Origin: Callorhinchus milii
Lineage: Eukaryota
Direction of reading: 5' to 3'
Assembly: GCF_018977255.1 (NCBI RefSeq)
Contig: NW_024704742.1
Location: forward strand, 4,590,001-4,654,000
DNA: 64,000 nt
This document shows, piece by piece, positions 12,934 to 24,996 of this stretch (position 1 is the stretch's first letter; each line of letters begins with the position of its first letter). Both the position numbers and the translations under genes were made by a program. The notes under the pieces are model-generated. The model made no database searches. It worked only from the letters and a program-made list of their open reading frames with translations, and had not been told where the DNA came from.

Positions 12934-13835
12934 ATGTATTCATCATCCTTGTGAAGTGAAGTAGGGTGCCTAAGGGAGAACCCATAGAAATTTAAGGACA
13001 CCATTCAACTGATCGTGCCTGTGCTAGTTCCCTGAAAGAGCCTTCCATTTTGTTCCATCTTCCTGCTTTTTTCCCCATAGCCTTTTATATTTAATAGAAT
13101 AGAATATGGTAGAATTACCAATATGTCAGGGAAATTTGGGTAATGTGTTTGAATTTAAATTCAAATGCCCTAGCGTTGCATCTAAGCGCTTGTCTTATTC
13201 ACCACAACCTGCATTAACTCCCTTTCATTGTATCGACAGGTAGCAATAATAATCCTTGCAGTGGGTAAAGCACCTTAGTATTCTCAAAGCACTTCATAGG
13301 AATTACTGTAAAGTGTTGCGACTGTGAACAGCATAAAGTTAATGCACAATTTTATTCTGAGGACACAGGGAGAAACTCTCTTTACTTTTTAAATTTTTAT
13401 CGTCCACCCGAACAGATAAACGGGAGCCCGGTTTAATGTCTCATCCAACGAATTGCACTTTGACAATTCAATGCTCTCCCAACATTGTATTGGAAAGTCT
13501 CCCCTTTACCTTCTCTGTAACAGTAAGTTGAAAATCTGTGGAGTTTACCATGATTATTTTCTATCTATCTTTCACCAGTTACTGGTCGCTAGCAAGCTTG
13601 TTCATAGGTGTACAAGTATTCTCCATGAATATATTTAGCCACAACAGACTTCTGCACAACTCTATTAAACCCACACAGAGTCTTTCCCCTTCACTTTTTT
13701 TCTATCGATGGGGTATTTTGCAATGCAGTTCATTTGCCACTACTTTACATATCTATCTTTTTTACATAGTCTTTAGAAAGCGCTTGTTTGATGGGGTGAT
13801 TAGCCATTTTCCAATTCTGTGCTTTCTGTGTTCTT

Positions 13836-15265
13836 AACATAACATAACATAACATGTAGAAGCAGGAGTAGGTCATTCGGCCCTTCGAGCCTACCCCGCC
13901 ATTCAATCAAGACTGATCTTCTAATCTAACTCCAGCTAATAACCTAACCCTGCCTTATCCCCATATCCCTTAATCCCTTTCGCAATAAGAAATCTATCTA
14001 TCTCAGTCTTGAATATGTTCAAGGACTGAGCGTCAACAGCCCTTTGGGGTAGTGAGTTCCATACATTCACCGCCCTTTGAGTGAAGAAGTTCTTCCTCAA
14101 CTCAGTGCGAAAGGGCTGCCTCTGATTTTAAGGTTGTGACCCCTGGTTTTAGTTTCTCCAACCGGGGAAACAATCTCCCACTATCTACTCTATCATTGCC
14201 CTTTGATGATCTTATAGGTTTCTATAAAAAAGGTGGAAATTGGTCAGTCTATCCTCGTAACTCAACCCTTTCATCCCTGGTACTAACCTAATAAATCCAC
14301 ACTGCACCCCCTCCAAGGCAAGTACATCCTTCCTTAAATAAGGAGACCAAAACTGCACACAGTATTCCAGGTGTGGTCTCACCAGGGCCCTATACAGTTG
14401 CAGCAAGACTTCCCTACTCTTATACTCTAATCCTTTCATAATGAATGCTAACATACCGTTCGCCTTCCTAATTGCTGCTGCACCTGCAGACTAACTTTCT
14501 GTGATTGGTGTACAAGGACACCCAAGTCCCTCTGGACGCTAACACATTCCAATCTCTCCCCTTCTAAAAAATAACCCGCTCTACTGTTTTTGCTACCGAG
14601 GTGGATGACTTCGCACTTCCCTACATTATACTTCATCTGCCACCTACCTGCCCAATCACCTAACCTATCTATGTCTCGCTGCATTTTTTTAATGTCGTCC
14701 TCTGTGTTGACACTTCCTCCTAGTTTTGTGTCATCCGCGAATTTAGATATATTAACTTCGATGTCCTCATCTAGATCATTGATGTAGATGGTAAATAGCT
14801 GAGGCCCAAGGACTGATCCTTGTGGCACTCCACTAGTCACATCCCACCAATCTGAAAAGGACCCATTTATCCCTACTCTTTGTTTCCTACCCATTAACCA
14901 TTCCCCAATCCACGTTAATATGCTCCCCCCAATTCCATGGGCCCTTATCTTTTGGACTAACCTTTTATGTGGCACCTTATCGAATGCCTTCTGGAAGTCC
15001 AAATAGTCCACATCCACTGATTCTAGTTTACTGGAAATGTCCTCAAAAAACTCTATGAGATTTGTCAAACATGACTTCCTTTTTGTAAAGCCGTGTTGAC
15101 TTGGCCTAATTATATTGTGCCCTAAATACGCACTACCACATCCTTAATCAACGATTCTAAATTTTTTCCTACCACTGATGTGAGACTAACTGGCCTATAG
15201 TTCCCCATCTTTTCCTTTCCACCTTTTTTAAATAGTGGTGTGACATTTGCGATCTTCCAATCCAT
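13836..15265 (-). mobile_element. 5'-truncated CR1 LINE (RT domain plus 3' UTR), frameshifted
   Basis: ORFs 14448..15068 and 14212..14454 contain YLDFQKAFDKVPH, GVPQGSVLGP, KFADDTKL and LYRALVRPHLEYCVQFWSP. The 3' tail is (TTATG)n at 13836-13855. Confidence 0.95.
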
Positions 15266-15584
15266 GTATTTCTCCCCCTCAGTTCTTTGCGGATTCTAGG
15301 TATATTCTCTCTGCTCCTGAGGCCCTATAAGTATTTGAGGCTTTAATTTTTTTCATAACGTATGTGTAACTGACCCTTACAAGTGTTATATGTTATAGAT
15401 TCTAGGACCATTGGAATGGATTTAGACTTCCTCCATTTTTTCTAATTGGTGAGTACTGATCTGAAGAATTAATTTGGCAAACAGTCCATTTCTGTCAGCA
15501 TTAGGGTAAGGTGCAATGAATAGAGCACACCTGCCCTGCATCGGTGATTCTGTTTTTGGATTTTACCCTGTTTGTACTGTCGTC

Positions 15585-15730
15585 TTAGACCATGCCTTCG
15601 GCCACCCTCCTACCCTCCTGCCTTCCGCCCTCCCTTATCCCCCCATCACCCACGCTCGGGGCCAAATCCCTGATTGTCCAGCACCTTGGGACATCCTCCC
15701 GACATGAAAGGCGCTATACAAATGTAATAT
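15585..15730 (+). mobile_element. L2-type LINE 3' end
   Basis: 'gaccatgccttcggccacc...ttgggacatcctcccgacatgaaaggcgctatacaaatg', similar to the reverse complement of 30450-30722. Confidence 0.65.
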
Positions 15731-16223
15731 TGTATTGTACCAACTTCACAGAAAAGCACTGTGTGTAACCAGTTTAATGGAGCAGACATACGAGAGCAAT
15801 TGAAGAGGCAGAGTTCTGTTGATGGTTTGTTTGCATCCGTTACTGGGCTGTGTTTTTCCTCTCCTCTTCCCACTGACCTTTTGCTAAATCATAACAGAGT
15901 CAGCAACAATAGGAAACAGACTGGTAACAAAAAAAAGCTCTGCATCTTTCATGTTTTAAGGAAGGTAGACAGCCCTCTGATAAAGAGTCCCCTTCCAGCA
16001 AGGCAGCATTGCACATCTACTGCACCCAATAAAAGGTGGAATCTCCTCCTGTTGGTAAAGGGATATCATTCTCCAGTTGCCAATACATTTACGGTGGTAA
16101 AAATGCTTTAAAAACACACATTGGCTGAAATTGTGGTTGGTTTTAATTGTAGCACCTTTAATAACGTCAGCCACTAATAGGATTTCCTTCCTTGTAATAG
16201 TACATTACAATGTAATTACAATT

Positions 16224-16444
16224 ACGCCTAATAATAATCCCTCCAAAAAAACAAAAAACAATAATAAATTGGTCATTTTCAATCTACGACTGTTTGTGGG
16301 ACATTGCTGTGCGCAATTGGCTGCCGCGTTCGCCCACAAATATAGAGTCAATTCACTTTACAGTGTGTTCTGTGAAGCGCTTTGGGACGTCCTCCCGACG
16401 TGAAAAGCGCTATATCAAATGCAAGGATTATTATTATTATTATT
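16224..16444 (+). mobile_element. Young SINE, headless copy
   Basis: Near-identical to 12713-12933. Confidence 0.9.
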
Positions 16445-16766
16445 ACATTGTCAAAGAAGCTACATCTAATGTTGACTGCAATTTCTTTGCTGTGAATTAA
16501 AACTGTTCCTCAAACCAGCTCTACTTTTGGTCTCATTTTGCCTCATTTGTACCTTGCAATTCACATCAAGTCAATTTTGCAATGCAAATTATGCAGCATA
16601 AATCCAGCATTAAGTTCAATAATTACCTCATTTTCCTCCTCTCCCTCTCTCTCTCTCACACATTAAATGGATGTGGAGAAGCTGCAGATCATATCTACAG
16701 TAAGAGCGCTGCAGGTCTACTCGCTGCTCCCAGATCAATGGCTGGTGCTCTGTATCTACTAGATGC

Positions 16767-17344
16767 TCCTCCTTGGGGAGGAGGTAAGCGGGGCCACCAT
16801 GAAGCTGAACTGGCTCCAAGGTGACGCACTTCGCAATGGAATGTTGGAATCGAACCAGTCCTCCTTTACAGTCTCTCGTCCGGTTCCTGTGCCAGGCAGG
16901 TCCACAGTATTCCAGGACACTGGAAGGGCAGACCAGTCACTGGGGGCAGGAAGCCATCCCAATCAGCTCCTGCTAACTCTGAAAGCCAATGCCCTAACAG
17001 GTAGGGTGGTCCTAGCTGGACAAGCAGCGGGAAAGCTTGCCAGACAGCAATATCAATGGCACGCTACGCGGTTTTAGCTGGTTAGACTCCAGCAGTTACC
17101 CCAGCGCACATTCTGGGGTCCCCAAGCCTTGGCTCTTGCCAACCTGCGCCTAATACTTTCCGGAATCAGGTAAGCAGAATGCGTCCCTCCAGGGAGAGAG
17201 AGTGAGAGCGCATTCCATTCCAACAATCTATCTCTGGGATTTCCATGTGTAGGTGGGATGAATGGAAATCTCAGCGTGGCTTGGATACTTTTACGCATGG
17301 TGATGGGTTTCTGTAAGTGTCAGACACCCGGCTGACCAAACAAA
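16767..17344 (+). mobile_element. Unidentified ~0.6 kb non-coding retroposon, best-preserved copy
   Basis: Flanked by atctactaga at 16754-16763 and 17345-17354 (TSD). A-rich 3' end. Seven related copies occur in the window. Confidence 0.9.
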
Positions 17345-17499
17345 ATCTACTAGAGGCAATTGCTGAACGTATGCTGTAGATGGCTCTGTTCAGAATCGAT
17401 ATGCAAGACAGCTGTGTCAGCCAGTTTTTCATGTTCTCTGGTGGTGGAGCGCTACGAAGGAGGTGATGCTTAACTTGCATCGATTGTCAGTTGGACTGC

Positions 17500-17780
17500 G
17501 GGTAGAGTAATAAGCCCAGTTTTGGTCACCCAGCTTTAGGAAGAATGCCAGGGACAACAGAGATGGTGCAGAGGAGATTTACTAGGATAATACCAGGGAT
17601 GAGTGGTTTGAGCTATGAGCAGAGACTAGAGAAACTGGGTTTCACTGTAACAGAGAAGGTCAAGGGCATAAATGTCTTTAAAGTTATTGGGAAGGGGTTT
17701 GATTCAATGGGGAGAGATTATTTCCACTGGCTGGTGAGTCAGTGACTGAAGAGATCAAGTTAAAATAATCAGGAAGGAAG
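17500..17780 (+). mobile_element. CR1 ORF2 C-terminal fragment
   Basis: ORF 17545..17745 'VQRRFTRIIPGMSGLSYEQRLEKLG'. Confidence 0.85.
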
Positions 17781-17788
17781 CAAAGTCA

Positions 17789-17870
17789 TACAGTCCCAAC
17801 TCCTACAAGAGTATAATCACACAGTCCACTCCTACAAGGGAGTGATCACACAGCCCAGTCCCCCAGAAGA
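17789..17870. repeat. Degenerate ~30-bp tandem repeat, about 3 units
   Basis: cagtcccaactcctacaagagtataatcaca / cagtccactcctacaagggagtgatcaca / cagcccagtcccccagaagag. Confidence 0.7.
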
Positions 17871-20039
17871 GAAGAGCACAATCAGAGTATGTATGTTCAT
17901 ACTGTATCACAGCAAGAGGTGCTACAACAGCAACCAATGAAGGCCATTAGTTAAATCCTGCAGCTGCTCATATTTTATGCCAAATCCACGTAAAAGAAAC
18001 GTCCAGCGTTCAGCCCAGGCTGACAATGGAGGGATACATTCAGATGGGTTTAGCAGCTATTGCTGCTGCCAGTAACAGTTCGAGGAAGAGGTCATATCCT
18101 TTGCTGCATGTTTATCAGCCCTGCTGGAGTTTCCTGGCTCTGACAGGAAGATAAGTTAGTTGGGGAGGGGTGGGGGGAAGTAACTAGCACAGACTGGCCT
18201 GTAGCTGTGACATTGCTTTAAACCCCCTGTGGAACTGCCTTTTCCTAATCTCCAGCCAGAGATATTAGCTCATCAGCTAACACGGGTAGGTGTATTAGTT
18301 ACTCTGCTGATACACAGGTCTTAGGCCCTGCAGTTATCTCACTGATGTGTGAGTTACTTTCGAGAAGACAACTTTATTTACTATAATGGGAATACACCTA
18401 AATACGCACATGATGTACATGCTTTGGCATAAGTGTCCGTGCGTGGGATGGCCACCTGGAATACGTCAATGGCTCCTTTGTTCTGTCAATGTGGAATTAT
18501 TTACATCAGAGCAAGTGACTTGTTATTTATCTGATAGTCTAGGTGAAGTATTGACATGCTCTTTGACTGGGGGAAGAAGGGATATCACCCTCTCACCCGT
18601 CACACATGTTGGGGGTCACAGGATGGAGATCAGGAGCAGGCCAAAGAACCTCCTTTGTCAAACCAATGCTGTGAATTGAATCGGCCCATTTGATCTCATC
18701 CTTTCAAAACACCGTACCATCCCCTCTTCTCAGTATCAAACTTTTTTTTAAAATGAATCCAGTAGCCTGGTCTCAACCACTCTTCCTGGCAACCTGTACC
18801 AGCCGTTATTTACCTTTTGTACAAAGAAAAAACATAAGCGATATGAAAGGGTTGGGACCGTGGTGCTGGAAATTTACTCTTGCCAAAACATTAGCGTTGG
18901 GAAATTGAGGGTGCGAGTGTTAGTCTCTAGAAAGTTCCAAATATTACACCATGCCAATCGGAAGCTATTTTCAGATCAAACCTCTGGGGCCTGATCAGCA
19001 AGCTCATCAAAGTGATATCACCCCCTGGATGTGTCCACCATCAACAGAATCCGGTTTACCTTATTGCAAAAATCTGTACCTATTTGTACCTGTGCCTATG
19101 TCGTTCTGAAGTTGAGACAATGTCCTACATTAAGGAAACCATCCCAGAGCAGGTGAAAATGTGAGGCCCTTTGAAGATATGACATGATCATATCATTTAA
19201 AAACTAATTAGGTAAGTCAGGATGCCCACGGAAATTTTCCATGTAAATGTACGCACCCTTTTATTGCATTTTAACATTCACGCGACCGATCTAAATTCGT
19301 GTTTGCAATGTGGTGCATGGAATTTTGATCCCTTGATGTGTCAATTGGTAAAGAATCATTACAACTTATGCCCCATCACATCGTCAAGACATCTCGTACT
19401 GCTTCCATTGCTGTGCAATGGTTTAAATGTGTATTTGGTGGTCGAAACACTGCATCCAGTTGCGTGTAGCAAGGGAATGAGTGACCAATTTTATTTGGGG
19501 GATTTTTCAAATGGTGTGGATAAAATGATATCAGACATGCACAACTTACAAGGTATAAATGGCCCATCTCTTGTGCCCAGTTAAAGTTTTTAATACTTTG
19601 CAACTGATTACAGATTGCCAGGGACTTGGAAACTAGGGCACTCCATTGACATGAGTGGAACAACGGGCTGAACATTATTCTTATTTATGTCCCTGGAGCA
19701 GAAATGAATGATGTTAGATGAGTGGAAGGTCCTTACGAGACATCTGTTCCTCGACTGCCTGTGACCTCAATACAGTAAGAAGAGCCACTGAAAGACATCA
19801 GCAAGAGTGCAGCCATCCCTTGTCAGAAGGATAATTCATTTCCCCCTTGATCCGGACCAAGTTTGTCGCAGTAGTTGCTGAAAAGCAGTGGACACATCTT
19901 TAAAGGGTGCTGGATAAATTCCAGTCGGAATCAGTGCAATTTGCAAAAAAACAAACAAAGATAAAACGAGACCCATTGGTCTATTTGTGGAGTAAATAGA
20001 GAAGAGTTTGGTTACGTTGAGCTATTACCCTGTCTCTCC

Positions 20040-20465
20040 CTCATCTCCCAACTAAGTTTGAAAACCCACATCCGTGCTCCAACCCACACAGCTTTCCTCT
20101 CACCCCCCATCTCCGAAACAATGCACACCTCCACCACTATCTCTTCTCTTGGTCTGATCAGAACTCTCGCCCATGCTTGTGTAACATCTAGGCTTCACTC
20201 TGCTCACCAGACTCTCTAACTCTTCCCTACACCAGCTGCAGATTAGTCAGAACTCTGTAGCCCATGTCCTCTCCCACACTTGCACTGTGAGCATATCACC
20301 CCCATCCCTATATTCTCCACATCCCCCAGTGGATCGAGTTCAAGATCCTCATTTTCGCGTTCAAATCCCTCCCTGTTCTCGGGCCTCCCGCCCCCACCCC
20401 CCCATCCACACACACACACACCTCTATGACCTGCTCAAACCCTATCAACCGGGCTGTTCCCTCCA
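20040..20465 (+). mobile_element. Decayed L2 ORF2 C-terminal region
   Basis: Typical L2 motifs 'catgcttgtgtaacatctaggct', 'catatcacccccatcc' and 'ttcaagatcctc'. Confidence 0.6.
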
Positions 20466-20519
20466 CTCAGTGAATACCAGTGTCAAAGCTCAGTACAGAT
20501 AAAGCAAAGTAGGGAATAA

Positions 20520-21180
20520 CAATAGGAGGCACATAAGCTCCACAAATGAGATAAAACTTGATGAAGAGGAAGTTGAAAGGGTGTTATGGGTTGTCAGCTG
20601 ATAAATCTCTCACTATGTTTGTATAGTGTGGGGCAGCTGGGTACCGGGCCATATTGCCAAATACATTGAGTTCAGATAACTCGAAATGTTACTTGAGCTG
20701 TACAGTAATCTGGTTAGGCCAAGGACTATGTACAGTTCCGGTTGTTGTGACATAAGGCAGCTGCCTAGGCCCTGGAGCGAGTATAGAGGAGAGCAATAGT
20801 GCTGATTCCTATTGTCAGAGGATGAGCTATGAACAATGATGAGACAAGTGAGGGCTCTTCAGTCTTAAAATGAAATGTCTCTGGGTGGAGGGAGGAGGCT
20901 TTTTGAGGTATACAGAATTCTAAATAGGATTGAGAAGGTAAATCCAGAACAATCCTTCCAGATACACCAAGCCAGCAGAGCAGGTTTTAGGACGACATAG
21001 GACAATTTCAGGAAATATTATATAGCAGGTAATTAATGACTGGGGCAGATTGCCAGGAAGGACAGTTGAGGCCATAATGCTGAATCCATGTATGAAAGAG
21101 CTTGATGCTGTGATGGAAGGACAGTTGGGCGGGTGTTCTGAAAAGAGAAAATCAAATGAGCTTCATCTGAACCTCTCTTC
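20520..21180 (+). mobile_element. Decayed CR1 3' region
   Basis: 'ctgtacagtaatctggttaggcca', 'gatgagctatgaacaatga' and 'gggctcttcagtctt' correspond to degenerate LY..LVRP and LSYEERL..LGLFSL. Confidence 0.6.
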
Positions 21181-21315
21181 TAAACATCTGACCTTCAGCA
21201 ATTGCAAATTAGATTAGTTGAATCCCTGGAGCTTTGCCAAACGAAACTGTTCATCGTCAAATCACTCCTTTTTGCAACTGAATGGAGAACAAACCAGATG
21301 CTCAAGTGTTTACAT

Positions 21316-21752
21316 AATAATAATAATAATGCCTGCTTTTGATACAGCGCCTTATCACATCTTCGAGATGGCTCAAAGCGCTTCACAGAATATACTGTGA
21401 AGTGAATTGACTGAATGTTTTGTGAGCGAAACCAGCAGCCAGTTCCGCACAGCAATGTCCCACAAACAGCCATGGAGTGAGTGACCAATTTTTTATTCAG
21501 GAAATTGTTGGTCAGGAAACCAGGAGAAACTCCCTTCTCATTTCGAATAGTGCCATGGGATCCACCAGAAGAGGCAAACGAGTCCTCGGTTTAACATGTC
21601 ATCCGAAGCACGGCACCTCCAACAATGTAGCACATACCCTAGCACTGCATTGGAGTGTCAGCTGAGACAATGTGATTCCAAGTCCCAAAATGGGGCTTGA
21701 ACCCACAAGCTTTGGACTCAGAGGTGAGAGCGCTATCACTGCTCCAGGCTGA
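21316..21752 (-). mobile_element. Full Deu-domain tRNA SINE
   Basis: Tail (AAT)n at left, Deu core 'gtgccatgggatc...cggcacctcc', head 'ggggcttgaacccaca...ccaggctga' at right. Confidence 0.85.
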
Positions 21753-21789
21753 AACAAGGTAATGTTCAATGTAGATTTCTTGAGGGATA

Positions 21790-22620
21790 GAATGATGAAC
21801 CTGGTGCAGACACGTCCACCCAGTAAGCCAAGTGATCTTACTCAGAAGTCTCAGTCGCCTTGAGTTGGTGGAGATGGCTTGGATTGTCCTGGAGACCTGT
21901 GAGTGAGTAAACATTGGCTGCTCAGAGCTCATCTGTTGGAATGTTTTTTGGTCAGCTGGGTGTCTGACACACGAGGAAACCCATTATCAGTATGCTAAAG
22001 AGGATCTAAACCAAACAGAGAGAGCCATGTATCTCACTTACACATTGAAATTCCAAAGGTATTTATTGGAACGGAATGCACTCTCTCTCTCTGGAGGGAG
22101 GCATCTTGCTTACCTATTCCAGAGATTATTAGGTTGCAAGTTGACAAGACAAAGGCTTGGGCACTCTAGACTGTGCGTTGGGGTACTGTTGGAGTTTAAC
22201 TCCCCCCTCCAAGAACAACAGTCATTAGTTGTTCATTTGACATCCGACAAGCATGGGTTTGAGCCCTCACTAGCTGGATGGCAAGTAGCAGGAGCTTCCT
22301 GGTGGGCAACACAGTTCAGCATGAAATACATGGGAGCATCTTCCTGTCAACAGCTCGGACACACATCCCTTCTCATTGAGCGATGGTTCCGCCAATTTGG
22401 AGATGTGAAGCTTGAGCAGCAGTCGCTGACCTCTCTACAAACCAACCGAGGTGGATTCCAGGCACTTGATGTACAAATGGGTGTTCACCAATTTGGACTC
22501 CAGGTAACGCCTTCCAGCAGCTGTCAACCCAAGCCTCAGAGTTGCCTCATCAGCTATCTGATGGGCATCCGCCTTCAGGATAGTCAGAGGACCTTTACAG
22601 GACAACTTGAGATACGCCAG
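21790..22620 (-). mobile_element. Probable decayed DIRS-type retrotransposon RNase H region
   Basis: Minus-strand conceptual translation across frameshifts gives WSP, LYIKCLE (cf. LHINxLE), LLLAIQL and VDVSA (cf. VDLFAS) in DIRS order. It is interrupted by 21944-22200. Confidence 0.35.
21944..22200 (-). mobile_element. Unidentified retroposon, 5'-truncated copy
   Basis: 'ttttttggtcagctgggtgtctgacac...gtgcgttggggtactgttggagtttaac' is the reverse complement of 17080-17344. Confidence 0.85.
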
Positions 22621-23911
22621 CCACCCTCATGTAATGAGCCTCCTCATGTTGTAATGAACATTTCCTGTATTCTCTCAGGTACTTATCATTTTGTACACTC
22701 ATTTGTTTAATCTCTGTCTGGGTGGCAAAAAGCTGGTTTAGAGATCTACTGAAGCCACTAGTCCTTCAAATAAAATTGTATAATCTTTATATTTATATGT
22801 AATGATCACTGTGAAATGTTCCGGGACACTACCCTGCGTTAAGGGCGCTACATAAATGCAAGTTCTTGTTGTATACCGCCTTTCACATCAGGAGGATGTC
22901 TCAAAGTGCTTCATAAGATTTACTGTGAAGTGTAGTGATTTTGTGATTTGGTAGGCAAAATATATTTTGCAATGCACAACAAACATGATTTGCAGTGAAA
23001 CAATGCTTTCTTCACAGTTAGCAATAATTGCTGAATTAAGCCTCTTGATGTCTTAACCATTAAAGTCACTTGATAATTCGGTACTTGGCCATGAAGAGGT
23101 AATGGTTGCCGTTCAAATTTCACCCTGTGCTGAGTTCGTTGATTTCAGCTGAAGCTACAAATGGCCTCAATTCCCCTTGGTTACCAAAGGAGATCAATCA
23201 GATGCTCATTCCTGATCGCCATCATGCTGCAGATGAACAAATCTGGACAGTGTAGGATTGACCTTCCATTACACATGGTTTGAGGCCATAGCTGGATGCA
23301 TTAGTCTTTTCCTGGCACATCTTTTAACAACTCAAAGTGCTCTAAAAACATAATTGATTAGAATTAAATGTTATACAGGCAAACATGACCTTGGATGTCT
23401 TCCTGATGTGAGAGGCACTATATAAATGTAAATTTGTATTTAAGACTTCCTTATTTAATGTAACGCTAGAATAAACCAGCATGTAACCCTCCAGGCTCCT
23501 CACACCCAGGATTTTTGAATGGAAGAGAGGTTGCTCATTAGGCTCCGGCTCTAAGTTTATTTTTGTTTTATTTTGTAAGATATTTGTTTCTCAGCATGAA
23601 CCTGAAAGCCACTCTCTCTTCGTCGAAGAAATAACTCAAACGCGTGATCTGGAATAATAAATATGTGCACGAACACAGCAGCTTATCATTTTTTTCAAAT
23701 ACTTAAAAAGTGCTTAACAAAAAGTTACTTTGAAAGTGTAGTCAGTGTCAATTTTATTCAAGATTTACTTCTTTGACAGTATTTCGGTTAAATTTGCCTA
23801 AATCAAGTCGCACATCTTCTACAATCTATTCTAACGTGCCTGGGATTAAGGGATTATGATGTGGGCTTCCAACCGCACTTGTCGAATGTCAAATGACGAA
23901 CTAGTGATTAT

Positions 23912-24462
23912 TCCCCTTCCGTGGGAGGTAAGTGAGGTCTCCGTGTAGCTGAACTGGCTCCAAGGTGATGTGTTTGACAATGGAATGTCGGAATCAAGTC
24001 AATCCTCTGCAATGCTCTTGGTAGTCTGGTTTCCAAGACAGATAGGTTTGCTGTGCTCCAGGGCACTGCTGGTTACAAACCAGCCTGGCTCATTGGCATG
24101 ATTTAAGGGCAGGGATTTTTCCTACTCAGCTCACGTTAACACTGCAAGCCAAAGCGCTAATGGGTAGGGTGGTCCTGGCTTGACGAGATGTGGGAAGCTT
24201 GCCAGGCAGTGTTTTCAATGGTTATATGGTTTTAGCTGCCGCCCCCAGCACAGGCTGAGGTTCCCAAGCCTTGACTCTGACCAACGTATGCCTAATACTC
24301 TCTGCAATTAGGTAAGCTGTGTGTAAGCTGTCTGAGAGACAGTAGTTATTCCACTCCAGGCACAAGAATTTCCAAGTGTAGATGAAACTCTCAGCTTGGT
24401 TCGGACACTCTTAAGCATGGTGATGGGTTTCTGCATGTGTCATACATCCGGTTGACCAAAAT
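23912..24462 (+). mobile_element. Unidentified retroposon, near full-length copy
   Basis: Same 5' start ('gggaggtaag...gctgaactggctccaaggtga') and 3' end ('ccggttgaccaaaa') as 16767-17344. Confidence 0.85.
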
Positions 24463-24784
24463 AAGAGAGAAAATGATTGGACTCAGAGAAGTGGCAGGGG
24501 TTAGCAACAGATGGAGACAGGGGATGTGGTTTCGGCATGAGTTCTGAGCCTTTTCGTTGCCACTGATGAAATTTCATTAAAAATCGCAATAACTATTGTC
24601 TCCACGTTCCCAGAAGTGGGAAAGGCAGAAATCTGCTTTCATCTGGAAATGTAATACCCGGTTAATTTTGTCAACACCAGGACAATAACTGCACCATTCG
24701 GAACTTTACATAGTGACATGGTACACACTGTGCGTTTGGGAAGGGTTACAGTTGGCTGCAGCAAACTTAGAAACAGAAATTTCT

Positions 24785-24996
24785 GGGTAATAACCCCTTC
24801 AAAAAAGTAATAAAATAAATAAATAATATGGTCACTCAATCCACGACTGTTTGTGGGGACGCTGCTGTGTGCAATTGGCTGCCGCGTTTCACCCACAAAA
24901 TATACAGTCAATTCACTTTACATTATATTCTGTGAAGTGCTTTGAGGTGTCTCGAACACGTGATAAGGCGCTATATCAAATGCAAAGATTATTATT
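24785..24996 (+). mobile_element. SINE 3' part
   Basis: Matches 50625-50818. Confidence 0.85.

Noticed and set aside
17178..17192. 7SK RNA origin (TGCGTCCCTCC match)
   Set aside because: Only an 11-nt match; the flanks do not align to 7SK.
17295..17340. SECIS element (GTGAT...AA...GA)
   Set aside because: The 3' GA is not positioned opposite UGA to form the quartet, the apical AA is not conserved among copies, and there is no selenoprotein context.
22027..22710. 227-aa + strand ORF
   Set aside because: It spans antisense pieces of two different repeats and has no recognisable domain.
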